A DNA stretch of 64,000 nt from Takakia lepidozioides. Its lineage: Eukaryota; Plantae; Bryophyta. This document shows positions 51,061-64,000 of this stretch, in pieces. The stretch is taken from contig CM060733.1 in NCBI GenBank assembly GCA_030704615.1, positions 20,646,001 to 20,710,000 of the forward strand, given 5' to 3'. Each line of letters begins with the position of its first letter. Within the stretch, counting starts at the first letter, position 1. The notes under the pieces are model-generated. The model searched no databases. It saw nothing but the letters and a program-made list of their open reading frames with translations, and was not told where the DNA came from. A program made the translations under genes and the position numbers.

Positions 51061-52779
51061 ATATGACATGGTGGCTTACGTAGTACTATGTTAATTTATG
51101 CAATATAAAAGGTTAAAATTAAAAATAATTACATAACTGAAAGTCAATTTTTGAGCTGGCAGTTTCTAAACACGATCAAGCCACTCACAAATTGTTGAGG
51201 GTTGTTTGATCTCAGACTTGGTAATGTGCAATGTGGTTGAGGTAGATAATATGTGAAAAAGACGTAGTTACTACTTTTAATTCATTTAAATTCGCCCAAT
51301 ACAGATCATTGGCTACGATCTAGTAGAGATATGAATTCTGTGTTTGTGTCTGTCATTGTGTTATCTCCTGCCATTATGCATATGAATATAGTGTTTGAAG
51401 AGGCTGACTAGGTCATCATTATAGTTTTGGAGCTTATCGGATACACGATTACATGGTTCATGCAGACGTCCAAGTTAGTCCAGTACTACTGTCACTACAA
51501 CTATACCCCGACACGATGCACAATCATCCACAAATGCGCTAGCTCTTATGAAAGAATGTGTACATTCGTGTGACTCAACCACAATGAGAGGCGAATGAGC
51601 TTCGCAGAAATGCCGTGTCATAGCCTCCTCTTGGATAAGTAGGTTAAAAGAAGACGAAGGACTTGCAGCAAACAGTGACAAACACTCCACCATTCCGCTA
51701 AGCCATGAGGTGATGCTGCAATACTTAAGAGAGTCATTCTCCTGGTTTTGTATGGTCCCACAATTCGTCACATATCATGCCACACTCTCCTAGCTATATT
51801 GTACTATTTGTTGTAGGTCTACCGAGGTGAATTTTAAGCCCCAGCAACCTGAACAAGCACCGCTGCTTCAAGCTCTATGTGATAATCGACAGGTATAGCA
51901 AGAGCGTTGGATCTCCTTGGGCTGCTAATTCTTTGTGAAACCAATGCAAAAAATTCGCAAAATAAGATAAAGAATCCACATTGTACAATCGACAAATTCT
52001 CACTTTTGAGTTAATTGGGCACACATCATATGTACTAATATGTCTACAGCTAGGCCATTCCAGGAATGTGCTCCGAAAACGGATATGACTATTGACACAC
52101 AGAACGCTTATTACTGACATTACAAAAACGACCTAATCTGGTTTCTATCAAAGTCTAAATGTACTCATGAAACTCAACAGATGAATGATGAAAATAGTAT
52201 TGTATGGCCTTATTACGAGAAGGAATGGATCTCACGTAGGAGGATTCTGACAGATGCTACAATCAAAATACATGTAGAATCCCAAAGTTGTGTGGCCTTA
52301 TTATGACGATATCACACAGAATTCAGAATTCATACTCGAATTTAGACTGTGTGGCCTCATTGTAATGAGGCTGTTCCTACAAAAAGAGCCACCATCCACC
52401 ATGTCAACAAACTGGTGTTTATGACCTCGTTTTTGTTGTTTTAAGATAACCAAGGTAATAATAGGGTCTGTTTAAATATCTTGGTGTCTGCTGTCAAGTC
52501 CTTCTCATGTGCGGCCTCCTTACGACGAGGGCCATGCAAAATTCAGAGCCGTCTTACATTAACAACTAGTATTATATTAAATATAGTCGTATTGACTGCT
52601 GATCTGTAGTGGCACTTGGGTGGAAATATAAACAAGGTATCCCTTGACGAACGTTGGCGACGAAGACATCGTCAATTGGTTCGTGAGCGTCGCTTGAGAA
52701 ACTGTAATCTGGCCGTGTTGATAGAGGATTGAATTCATACTTAAACAATGATATTTTTTTTAATTTTGTAATTAAATTT

Positions 52780-53010
52780 GGGACCGCCAAAAGTATCGGT
52801 CCAGAATTTTAATTTTATGTATTAAAATCGGGTCGGCCAGAGCTAGCGTTTTTTCAAACTATTTTTAAAATTTAAAATCGGACGTCAAAAGCTGGCGGTC
52901 CCAAAAAAAATTATTGTTTTTCATTAAAATCGGGACGGTCAGATCAACGTTTTTTTTCCTTAGAAATTCTTTTTGTTCTGAAATCGGGACCGACAAAGCT
53001 GGTGGTCTTG
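52780..53010. repeat. Second GGGACCG-type palindrome array
   Basis: Same unit as 50680-51060. Confidence 0.6.
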
Positions 53011-53604
53011 ATATACCCGTCCTTCTGTTGAGGGAGTCACACAGAATACACTGGACGAACACGAAGTTCATTTTTCAGCGTTAAGAAAGCAAGGGCCATG
53101 GTAGAAGCCATACAATCGCAACTCACCCACATGGTCATTTTTTGCCATCAATGATGGTAGACATGTGGTTGTGGACAATCCCTAGGTAATGCGCTACATT
53201 ATTTGTCACAATGCAACCCTAGGTCCAGCCATTGTAATTTTGCACAGTCGATGTCGCATAGGGTTGATTACATATAATAAGGCTAATGGAATTAATGTTA
53301 TGAAGAAGCATGTAAAAGTTGAGCACTCTGCACTGTCTGCGAAATGGGTATAAGAAGTAAATAGTAGAACCAAAGATCATTTAGAGCGCCAGAAAGCAAA
53401 GAAAAGAGCAGGTATCAGCCCTACTGCTATTTCAGATTTTTTTGGCGCCATCGATTATTTCAGAAAAGATCACGAAGTTCAAAAAGGTTTCTTAGAGGAT
53501 CTGATCATCTTTGTCATCAAGTCCTACATGCCCCTTAGGACAGTAGAGAGCATATGGTTGCAAAGACTTTGCTTACGGCTGTGTCCTCATGTTGTTTTTC
53601 CATC

Positions 53605-54349
53605 GGGCAGTTGCAGGGTTGAGTGGACCAAAAACGGCAGATCCTGCTCCATTAAAGTCCATGACCAAAAAACAAAGTTGAGGATACTATCCCAAAATAT
53701 TTTTTTAGTGATAGATAATGGTATACTGAACATATTTAGTAAAGAGTCCTACCCCAAATATTAAAGATATAATTCATTAAATATTTTAGTCTATTATTTA
53801 GAGAAATTATGAAAAACTAAAATTAGAGTTTACAAAAAAAATTCAATATGACACCTAGCCATTGAAGATTATAGGTTTTTATACTTCTAAAAAAAAAATT
53901 GACACCCAAAATCCAAAAACAAGATGAGTTATAAACTTTTCAAAAAACGCCTATTGTTTTTACATATATTAGTCCATATGAGTCAAATGACAAATGATTT
54001 TGTCACTTCAAATCCATACCTATGATGTGGACCAAAATGGCCACCTTACGTCTAAATTTCAATGGAATTCACTAATGACAAATATGAGAACTTGAGTCCA
54101 TTGTAATTTCATTCATTGCGGTAATAGTCTACAATGACTGTGTTCAAAAGTCCATAGCGGAGTCATTTCTTATCGGATTCATGATTGAAGAGTTGCTATG
54201 GGTGCGTATTGAAACTAAAAATCCAATGATATATATATTTGCTGGTTTTAATGAGTTAATTCAATTTCAATTGATGACACCATCAATTGCAGTCATCTAA
54301 AACTGTGCTAGTAACATCCATTTTGGTCCAGTCAACCCTGCATTCACCC
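53605..54349. mobile_element. Non-autonomous TIR element with 4-bp TSD and GGG...CCC ends (Sola2-like)
   Basis: TIRs GGGCAGTTGCAGGGTTGAGTGGACCAAAA and rc GGGTGAATGCAGGGTTGACTGGACCAAAA. TSD CATC (53601-04, 54350-53). Removing the element restores the host frame FPSRKVF. Confidence 0.75.
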
Positions 54350-54640
54350 CATCGAGAAAGGTCTTCACTGATGATGTGTTACCCAAATTGGTTGAGAAAA
54401 CCATGCACACTTTTGTGTACCCTGTTTTGTCTACATGTATCTCAGTCACCACAAGCTTTGACCTATGGATGTCAAAAGAAGCTCACGATGTATTTGCCCT
54501 TGTTGTAAACTATGTAACTAGTGAGTGGGAACCCAAACATGTCACTTTTGGGTTGTTTGACGCCACTGAAACTATTATAGCAGCCATGGCAGTAAAATTA
54601 CAGCAACTTCTTGAGAAGTTCTCCCTTACAAAGAAAATAA

Positions 54641-54822
54641 AAAAATGTGAACGCGTTGCCGAAGCAAACTTAACTTATGGTATCACTTGACCCAGAAGGG
54701 CTATTGCCTTTCGGTAGGAAGATGGACACCTTTGTAACAACCAACAAGGTGGTTTGAACCCACAACCACTTGTAAGAGGGTATATGCCCTTATATGCCCA
54801 TTGCTGGGCTACATGTTGGTTG
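54641..54822 (-). mobile_element. tRNA-derived SINE (second family) inserted in the hAT pseudogene
   Basis: On -: A-box-like TAGCCCAGCAATGG and B box GGTTCAAACC. Flanked by an approximate duplication CTTACAAAGAAAAT/CTCACAAAAAAGAT that interrupts LTKKI-YVKDE. Confidence 0.55.
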
Positions 54823-57129
54823 TTCTCACAAAAAAGATCATTTGATATGTCAAAGACGAAAGAGCAAATCTGGTCACTATGACATTGACATTGAGGACGG
54901 TTGTAAGCTGTGAAAGTCTAGGGTTGGTGACCCATTCTATGATTCTTGTTTTGGACATGCTATGTCCAAAGCATGCCAATATGCTACAAATGATGAAAAG
55001 ATGTGTGCAGAGGTATAAGGTATGTTTCCATCAAGAGTGCACAAGCTGAAATCCAGAAATGCATCACTTGGCCTAAAAAGTCGGGGAAGGGCCGTCAAGA
55101 ATGGCACAAGGCATGCATTGATTCTTGAATGAGGTCTCGTAAGCTGAACAAGGTTCTTCCCAACCTATTTTGATTATGCTCAAAGTCTCTTAAAGTACCT
55201 AGTAGTGTTGGTCACATTGTTGTTATCATACATGATTTAAGGTCAAACTTGGGAGCTTATACTTGTGCTTAAAATTGCAAGTTTGCGAGTAGGCCGGTGA
55301 TTCTTTTTGAAGAGGCCCTACGCTTCTGAAATGCCATCAGCCTTTGCTACAGCCGACAAACCATTGCCCTAGCAACTCGTGTACCTCTTGCAAAAATGTG
55401 GGCTATTGCACAAGGAGTCACGAATGCTCTCTCACATGTGGTAACGAAGTGTCTGCTCAACCAATCACATGGTCATTGGTTGCTTATTGATGTTCTTCAT
55501 TATGCCATAAATCTGACTTTGGATTTCAAGGAAGACATAGCCAATAGGCCGGACCACCTTGCCAACATTATGTCACAAAACTTCGAGTACGAATTGACAG
55601 ATTTGGATGTGAATATGAAGCATGAGGTCATTGATGTGTTGGCCTCTTTTCTTGCATTCACAAGGAGGTATGATGATCAGAAGACAACTCACAATATGTT
55701 GAGTCTGATGTTGGATCCCAGATTTAAGGGCCTAGGACTAGTGACAGCTTTGCTTGGTCGTGATGCAGCTATGTAGGTGGTTGTAGAATACGACTCAAAG
55801 TCACTCATGCATATGCTCTTGACATGTTACCGCTACACAGCTCCATCTCATGTGATTGAGGAACATGCAAGCGAGAGCAATCTTGATTTCTTTCAGACTA
55901 CAGAAACAAGTGTTGAAACAACAAAAGATATTGTTGTGAGAGAGCTTTATCTTTACAGACACTATCAAGTTGAAATTGATAAGTGTGAGTTCCATTGGCG
56001 TGGTGGAGAACTCATGAAGCCATGTTCCTACAGTGGGACTTTTAGCCTGACAAATCCTGGGAATTGTTGGGAGTCAGATTGAAACTGAGAGAATTTTCTC
56101 TATAGCTGGGGTCTGTCTGCACTGCGCCGTTGCCGCCTTCATATGGATAATCTAGACAAAATCATGATATTCATCGCCAAAAATTGGCCAAACGATCCAC
56201 GATATGGATGTACTAATCCAAAAAGTCTTACAAAATTGTAGGAGCAAGAAGAAGACTTAGTTGAGGAGCTTGAGGAGGAGCAAGAAGTGGACCGAGAAGG
56301 ATTTCCAGATGAAGATTTGAGGGGTCTACATGTCTGGTGTCTTTTCCAGGGCAGTAGGTTGCAAGAGAAGGTCAAATATCATGATCTGTTGTTGAGATTG
56401 ATGTGGAATGATGCTTTGTTGTGGTTTGGAATTCAGATTAGTTAGAGTCTTCAGCTGAGTTTGAAGTTGGTCCACTCTTGCAGAATACGGGTCTGGGTCT
56501 GCCCAGGCCCTTGGGTTATCCATCTTCTCATTTTCTATAACAAGCCAGATGGAAAGATATGGGCTGTGCTCGTCATTAGCTTGTGCCCACTATCCACTGG
56601 CATTTTATATTGTTAGGATCTACATGTATGATGGTAGCAAGGTGGTCTTATTTGGGCAGTCAGTCAGTCTTGCGAAGTGAACTTCATCGTGTCCATGACT
56701 AAATAGCTGGTCTTTTTCTCATACACCTCATCCTACAAGTAGGCAACAATAGGTTCAAGATTGGAAATACTAATCTGAAGTTATCCCTGCGCCCACAACA
56801 CTACTACCGTGTGATTTCACACGCCAAAAACAAACAAGGCCTGACCCTCCCACTTCCTCTCTCTCCCTCTCCCTCTATCTTTATGTCCTTCTCCATCTCC
56901 TCATTTCTCTCTCTGCTGATAGCACCAGCAGTTACTGCTGTTGTCAGCCCCCCCCCCCCCCCCACCATTCCAAAAAGCAAAAAAAAAAGAGGTGGGAGGG
57001 ACTGAGAGCAGCAGCAGCAGCAAGTACTTGGTACTGCAGCTCTCAACGCCCCCCACCATTGCTAAAACCAAAAAATGAAAGGTCGGGGGGGGGGGCTAAG
57101 ACCAGCAGCAGCAATTTGTTCTCAAGTCC

Positions 57130-57960
57130 AATCCCGATGGAACTCCAAAGTTGCCTTTAGCCGTACAACCCAGGGTTGTCAATAAAACACCAATTTGAGA
57201 TATGAGAGATGACTCCTCCGATAAACAGTCTTTTATCAAAACTGGAATAAAAAAATACAGGGAGTTCTGGAAGAAGGGGATGTTACTTGACGATAATTAT
57301 CGTGACATCATGATGCAGTATGATCAATACTGGGAAGCAATCCTTGCAGAACTTGATCTTCCCATTCCTGGAGAATCACGACAGTCAATCGCGCTTAAAA
57401 AGGGTTTTTGGCCCTCAATCAAGTGGGCTGTCAACCACCACAGAGCCGGAATCCATAGACGTGCACAAGATGATCTTTCGGAAGAAGATGAAGTTCTGGA
57501 GCGGTATTGTGGCCCCCGATGTGATCGACCGAAGCAGTATCTCAATCCGTTCAAGGATATTCAGAATGGATTGTTCGTCTTGGTTCGACCAGAAGATCCG
57601 GTGACGTTTCATGTCTGGATGGGGATGACAATATCGGATGTGGTCCGCGAAAGATGATCCAGGAATTTTAAGAAGATTCACGTCGAATGGTGGAGACCCA
57701 GGAAAGGAGGTAGCCCTTCCGATTTGGAGAGGTACAGAGATTGTTGGTCCAAAGTTTGGGAGTTCAATCCAGATGATCCCCCTCAATGGATTCACATTAA
57801 CTCTGTCGTTTGGACAATGCCCGCCAAGAAAAACATGACACGTAATAAATCTAAGAAAATTATCGCGGTGGAGGCGGAGAAAGCACGAGCAAATCTGGAT
57901 GAGGCCAATCTACAGTCAGACAATGAAGACAATGCAACCTCTTGCGGAGAGCAAGGTTGA
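57130..57960 (+). pseudogene. Frameshifted C-terminal part of an unknown, probably transposon-associated protein
   Basis: Coding-like, Trp-rich run across frames: IKKYREFWKKGM...YWEAILAEL...GFWP...GLFVLVRPEDPVTFHVWMG.../IHVEWWRP...YRDCWSKVWEFNPDDPPQWIHINSVVWTMP. Confidence 0.45.
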
Positions 57961-58749
57961 CAAGGACATTTTGTGGAGGTTCACTCCTCGACATGTTTTC
58001 AAGAATAAAAACTATTTTTTACCTCCACTTTCCATTTGTTTCTCTTCACGTGTTTAAATATAAATATACCGTCTTTGCCAGCCACCAGCTGTTTCTCTAA
58101 ACTCATCGCTGTAACGTTTCAGGAACCTCAAGTGATCATCCAAATTTCCAAGTTTTTCTGATGTCACAGCTTCCAAGTTCTCGTTGCGGTTCTTCTTTCA
58201 CATGCACCCATCTCTTTTGGTTCTCACCAAAGTGTCTTCTCGTCTACAGATTCGCCCCTGTCATTTCTTATAGGTCAACGTGGTCGTATTCTTGGGCAGA
58301 GTATGATTGGTCTAAAAAACGTCTGAAGTTAAAACCGCATTGCATCTTCTGCAAGTTCTTGCTTCAATGGACACTGTGCTTTCTCACGATTTACTGCTTG
58401 CTGAGTTGCTGAGTTCATTACCACTGAACTCCTGGCCTTCATCGTGTCCTGAAGGTTCTCCAATGAGCATTTTTCCATTCCAAGTCATTCTAACGCTATG
58501 TGATTCTTCTCCCATCACTTGCCAGCTTTCTATAACTCTGGCTCCAAGTACAGAGTTACATAATTTTCCTTCATTGCCTTTTTGGATCATCTTAACATTC
58601 TTCTCAATTTTCTTCGTCACTAACCAGTATATTCCTCATAATATTAATTTTGCAAGTTCTATGCCAGTCATATTTTTTCTGATGTCAGTACCTTGTTTCT
58701 CCAACTACCATTTCTTACATTCAAGTCTAATTTCATAGGTGATAAGTCA

Positions 58750-59110
58750 CTTGTACACTTTTCCAAATTTTGGGGTCCATTCATACCGAGTAGAATGTTT
58801 AGTATACTATTAGACTCCGTACCCTAAAACCTATTTCCAATGTCTGATGCCTAATTAATTTATGAATTGTTGTACAACCTTGTGTGAAGCCTCCCATTCC
58901 ATAATTGTTTGTCCATTTACAGATCTCTAAACCCTAAACCCTAAGCCCTAAAACCTAATTCCATTGTTTGATGCGCATTCTTCATATATTGGATGGGCAT
59001 CTGTACCTTTTCCCTTATTTTCTTTTCCATTCACACCGAGTACTATGTTTAATATCCTAGCAAACTTTATACCCTAAAACCTAATTCCAATGTTTGACGC
59101 TTATTTGATT
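58750..59110. repeat. Short duplications containing telomere-like CCCTAAA motifs
   Basis: CCATTCA.ACCGAGTA..ATGTTT...ACCCTAAAACCTA.TTCCAATGT occurs twice. AACCCTAAACCCTAAGCCCTAAAACC at ~58930. Confidence 0.6.
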
Positions 59111-59689
59111 TACTGCTTCCACTTCTGTGTACGGTCAAACTGGTGGCGATAATATTTCATGCGATAATATTTCATGAATAGTCCAGCTTGGTTCGATGAC
59201 TTTATAGGTGAATCTATAAGGCACTCTTCCACAATTTTTGGTTGTCATATTCACCTTTCTGAATGATCCCTAAATATTTTGAAACATAATTCACATGTTT
59301 CATTGACATCCACCCTTATTCCATTCAACATTTTAATCCGTCAATTGAAAACTTGCAATACATTGGTTCATGGTACTAGTATACTTTTAGCATGGTATGG
59401 ATGTTTACTTTTCATTTGTATATTCTTCTTGAATCATCTGTTTATGTCATCCCTCAATCAATTTATTAATAACTTCTCTCAATTGATCTTATATTTATAA
59501 TTTATTGAAGCAAAGTACATCATTCGACTTACCATTCGATGTTACATGAATGGGATTGTGCAACTTCACAAGTTAAATGACTCAATACTCCACAATACTA
59601 TTATTAATATCTGAATTAATTTTAATTATGTTATATATTAAGTTTGGTCTGGATTTAAGCCAAAAGTCCGTAATTACTATAAAATAGGG

Positions 59690-60954
59690 TTCATTGCCCG
59701 CATTCAAGAAATGTATTATTGGAAGTGGATTCAAAGAGATGTAACAACATATGTCTCCAAGTATGAGACACGTCGCTCTAACTTTGCGTTTCTTTGGATA
59801 GGGGTCACTTATGAGTTGCAACATTTGCTTGTGACACATGCTTTTGCCCGTGTTGGTTTGGACTTGGTGGGATCTCTCGCTCTCACGTTAAAGGGACATG
59901 TGTAGCTACATATTACGTGACCAAATGGGTAGAAGTCCGTTATTTGGTCACAAAGGATTCTGACTCAGTTGTTCAATCTTTCTTCAATGATAAGATTGTG
60001 CTTAAACAAAGATGAGGTTGTCCTCTTGAGATACTCATTGATCAAGGCGAGGAGTTCTACAACCAACTCTTGACGGTTATATGCTTCAACTTTGGCATCA
60101 AGCATGATATGACTATAGCCCCTTATCACCCTCAAACCAATGGTTTAACAGAACGTTTCAATCAAACCTTGTGACTAAGGTTGGAGAAGAATTCATGACG
60201 AGCTTACAAGAGAGTGGGATATCTTCTTTTATGTCTTTGCTAATTGCATTGTTGTTCATGCTAGCACGAGGAAGACACCATTTGAATTGCTTTACGGGCA
60301 TGCTTGTGTATCTCCTTTGTATGCTACCCCTCTGGTTTCTATTGTTTCTGAGCCTATCGATTTATCTAGTTTCCTTAATAGATCGCATGATCGTCACATG
60401 GTCTTGGTGACCGAGGCTAATGATAACTTTGTCTTGGCTCTTGAGAGGCGTACACTAGGAATCTCAACAAACAGGTTAAGTATACAGATCAGTTTCAGGT
60501 GGGACAGACTGTATGCCTACGTCTTCAACATGGCAAGCATGCATGCAAGTCTAAGTTGAAGATTGACGGTCCCTAGATTTGTTGTACAAGCTGATTCGAG
60601 GGCGACGTGCCTTGGTCTTGCCACAAGGGCATAACTGTCGCGCACCTCACTTCGGTAAGCTCCCCTTCAAGTCATAGTTACTCGCCTTGATGCGCGCGCC
60701 TAACTCCCAACCTGGCCGCCGGGCCAACTCGGAGCTTTGGCTGCTCACCGGGGCATAACGGTCCCCCTTTCTTCCCCCAACAGACTCTCCATTTGGGCCT
60801 AGTGGAAATTCCCTTTGGTAGATGGCAGTCCGGAATAACTCCCCACTCCTTGGTCGCTTACTCACTAGTTTTTGGTCACCAACGGGCTTGCACCGTTCTC
60901 GGGGTTACTACTCCCCCTATATATACTTCTGCGACTGTCTGCGGGGGTTTCACA
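59690..60954 (+). mobile_element. Ty3/Gypsy integrase relic with possible PPT and 3' LTR (60636-60954)
   Basis: YYWKWIQRDVTTYV, FARVGLDLVG, YVTKWVE, GCPLEILIDQGEEFYN, YHPQTNGLTERFNQTL. Purine-rich AAGGGCATAAC precedes TG at 60636, and CA ends at 60954. The LTR call is weak. Confidence 0.75.
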
Positions 60955-62388
60955 AACAACAATGCCATTTTATTGCAAACCACCACGAAGACCCTGGTCC
61001 CACTTTTCCCAAAAAAATTAAAAGACAACAAAAATAGTTCGGTTAAGGATGACAAAATTCTAAGTGATCTTAGTGGCTATCGTTTTATCCGAATTGATAT
61101 TTAAAAGAAACTTGAATCACATGAATGTGTGAAGCCTCATTTTGTGCTTGGATGAGATTTTCTCTTCTCCTCAAGGCACGCTTAGTGTAGGGGTGCGCAG
61201 CTCAAGAAAGAACGAGACTTTATTGTAACAGTAGCAGAGGCACACATAAAAGAGAACCACATAGAACTTACGGACGTCAACCATGCAATAGCAATACACA
61301 TGTATCCAGGGCTCTGTCAAGAGGAAGACTACTAGAAGATAAAAAAATCAGCTCCGCATACTATGTCCAAAACAATGTCTTAGGACCTAGAAGGCTCTAT
61401 AGCACTTGATCCTCGCGGAGTAAGCTCCACCATCCTACCTTCCACATTATATAAGTCAAATCAAAGACCAATTCAGAATGAATCAAATCCGTAAGTGCCA
61501 CTAGCTCCTAGTGAGCTTGAGTGTTATTGTCACGGCCCTTTGCCTTGAGGGCAGGGGGGTCGGGACGCAGGAGGGGCTGCCCCTGTGGTGGGGGCAGTGG
61601 TAGCGATAGGTACGGGGGGTTGAAGCACCCTTGAGTGCCCAAGGCACTCAAGGAGGCGGAGGCGCTCACTAGGTGGAGCCCCGCACATCGGGTTGCGGTG
61701 GGGGGTGGCTCCACAAGGGGTGGTGGTAGCTTAGCGGGACTTAGTGGGTGTGGCATAGGACTCACCATGGGGCGGAGACCTAGTGGTGGGAGTCGTGGGG
61801 AGTCTTGGGACTCATCACGGTCCAATGGGGCCGTGGTTGGGTGGGCCAAGACTCACGGCGACTCATCACCGGGATCATAAAACAAACACACCAACATGGT
61901 AAAGGAAGACAATAAAGGTCCCTGCAGACCTAGTGGCATCTCAGAGTTACGATGGTGGTAAGCGATGGTAGAAAACCTACATGTTCACATATAAAATGTT
62001 ATGCAACATTTTATCTGACCTGGCATCCGACGTGGCTACCAGTGTTATTGTGATGTTTGTTCTTGTGGTAGTTACCACCGAGAAGATACCACGACCACAG
62101 TTTTCAATGGAAAGCTTGATGGTAGCTAAACGCTGGAAAAACCAATCACATAACTCGATGTTACGTTAGCACCATTTTGAAACATGACCCCGCCCCCGCT
62201 CCATCTTCCCCGCTTCAATATTCAAATGAGGATATCAGTTGCATCTGCATCATCGATCTCTCATACTTCAGAGATACTTCAGAGACAAAGCTCTCAGTTC
62301 ACAGCGCTCCCATTTCACATGACTCCCAATGCAGAGCAGATCCTGAGCAGATTGGTTTCTCAAGTCCTTCTAGTTCTTTTTTTTCTCA

Positions 62389-63507
62389 GTGCTTTGTACA
62401 GTCACCATGTCGGTCTTTGGTGCCAGGATCAGTGACACCATGTATGGTATGAATGAGGGTGCAGTGCATCAAGGTGAAGAGCCGAGTCAAGACAAAGAAG
62501 TGAATAAAGCATTTGGGCCTTCTAGAGGTGGCAGAGCACCACAGCCTGGGGGAAGAGGCAAGAAAGGCAAACAAGTTGTTGTATCATCATATTCAACTTT
62601 GGAAGTGAGAACCAAGAGGCCTCGCCAACCCAATTGGGAACACGACGAAGTGATGTCTCTGATCAAAGACAAAATAAATGAACATATGGCATCCATTGAA
62701 AAGGTGGATCCGAGAGATCAATTTAAATCAGCAGTCACCAAGTGGAAGAAAATTGCTACACTTGTCATGGCCGAGGGCAACTCTACCTACACAAGGAATG
62801 GGCCTGCATGCAAAGATAAATGGGGAGCCATCTATGGTGACTTCAAACGGATCTTGGACTACATGAATGACACAGGCTCAACGGGGAGTACTGGGAATGA
62901 GTCCACATGACAGATTGCGTTGAGCCTACCCAGACATTTCAACAAAAGATGTAGTACAGCTATTGATGCATTTATGGGCGCTAGACCAATTTTCAGGCCC
63001 CCACATGCACGAGATTACATCCTCGACGACGATACAGTTTACACTCCTATCGGTTTTTCTGACGATGCACTTTCAACAGAACAAACGACCCAGGATCTGA
63101 ATTCTCCACCAAGGATGAATACGATGAATCCTAATTCTGACACAGACCAGGGATTGCAAGGTGATTGGCAAGTACCCAACGTCTTTTCTCCCTCCATTCC
63201 TACATCTGTACCACCGTTTGTGACCCCTATAACCGAACCTGTGTTCATCCCTCATAGATGCACAACTGATGTGCCTCGTCAACCTCGGGCAACATCTCCA
63301 ATTCATACCACCTCTCAGTCGACCTCCCCACCTCCATTTGCACCAAGCAAGAGGCCTGGAAACAGAGGTGTAAAACGGAATTCATCATCTATGCACAAGG
63401 ACATGGTGGAGGCCACTGAGAAATGCAGTAAACTGCTAGCAGAATCTCTTGATCGCATACACGAGACGAGTTTGGTCATTGAAGATGTCAAGTTATTTTA
63501 CCACTAG
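62389..63507 (+). pseudogene. Trihelix/Myb-SANT DNA-binding protein (ASR3-like or Harbinger ORF1-type), frameshifted
   Basis: RQPNWEHDEVMSLI...KWKKIATLV...RNGPACKDKWGAIYGDFKRILDY, then a frameshift at ~62880-62920, then LPRHFNK..IDAFM, a Pro-rich linker and a coiled-coil-like end. Confidence 0.75.
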
Positions 63508-64000
63508 TATGAAACTAGCTAGGAAATAGCTAGCTTTTACATATTGACATTTGGGATTGGCCCAAGTGTCAATCCAGGGTCAAGGCAGATTTAGGCCCTG
63601 GAGTGGTTATCTTCACGGCAAGCGCGGGAGGCTCATCTTTCTCGAGTTGAGCCTCACCGCGCCTAGCTATGGCGCCGTAGTGTGGATTCCCCATGGCGTG
63701 GGGCACTTGGCTTGACTTGTATTTGAGTGATGAGGTTATATATGCATGAGTTTATGCTTCAGCTTTGTGAGCTCGCATGAGCTTGTGCTTGTATTCTTCT
63801 TCTTTATCACTCGAGAAAGATGAGCTCGTATCTGTGAGTGCCAGATACGAGTTAGTTGTAGCACTTGTGGTTTTTGCTTGAGAATGAGAGAAACCAAGTT
63901 GTTATGCAAGGAGCACCGTGGAGCTCTTGGTTGTTAGAAGCGGAGGCGATGTGGGTTACGAGGTGGTAGACCTTGGCATTCGATCTTCAGCTTCAGAGAT

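Larger units (their letters stand above)
53100..56330 (+). mobile_element. hAT transposase pseudogene with two nested insertions
   Basis: BED-like MKKHVKVEH; PLRTVESIWL..FPS|RKVFTDDVLP; TSFDLWMSK; YVKDE; CFGHAMSKACQYA; QKCITWPKKSGKGRQEW; MLSLMLDPRFK; dimerisation motif WWRTHEAMFPTVGLLA*QILGIVGSQIETERIFSIAG. Multiple stops. Confidence 0.85.

Noticed and set aside
58925-58960. Telomere or chromosome-fusion scar
   Set aside because: Only about three imperfect CCCTAAA units, embedded in a dispersed repeat.

Overview
Nuclear DNA from a land plant. The transposon and PPR repertoire looks bryophyte-like (inference). The window is gene-poor and rich in transposon relics. Supported genes: tRNA-Ile(AAT) (34-107, -); a multi-exon thylakoid-lumen-type pentapeptide-repeat gene (~10511-14321, +); a 4-exon heavy-metal-associated (HMA/HPP) gene (28874-30975, -); and a PLS-class PPR gene. 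The PPR gene's GT-AG exon model (20075-23041, +) fuses an N-terminal OSB-type PDF (ssDNA-binding) motif in frame to 17 PLS repeats plus E1/E2, followed by a heavily decayed DYW deaminase. Pseudogenes: a truncated paralogue of that PPR, a very decayed P-class PPR, an A1 aspartic protease, and two trihelix/Myb-like copies. Mobile DNA: a Penelope-like RT relic, an L1-like fragment, a Gypsy integrase relic, two inverted solo LTRs, tRNA-derived SINEs, hAT MITEs, a hAT transposase pseudogene with two nested insertions, pogo relics, a TTAA-flanked piggyBac-like MITE and arrays of palindromic repeats. A ~1.6 kb inverted repeat (3172-4772) appears to derive from PPR coding sequence. Best candidate for a new system: the PDF-motif + PPR(-DYW) fusion, which could link organellar ssDNA binding to sequence-specific RNA recognition or editing. 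All alignments were done by eye and boundaries of degenerate elements are approximate.
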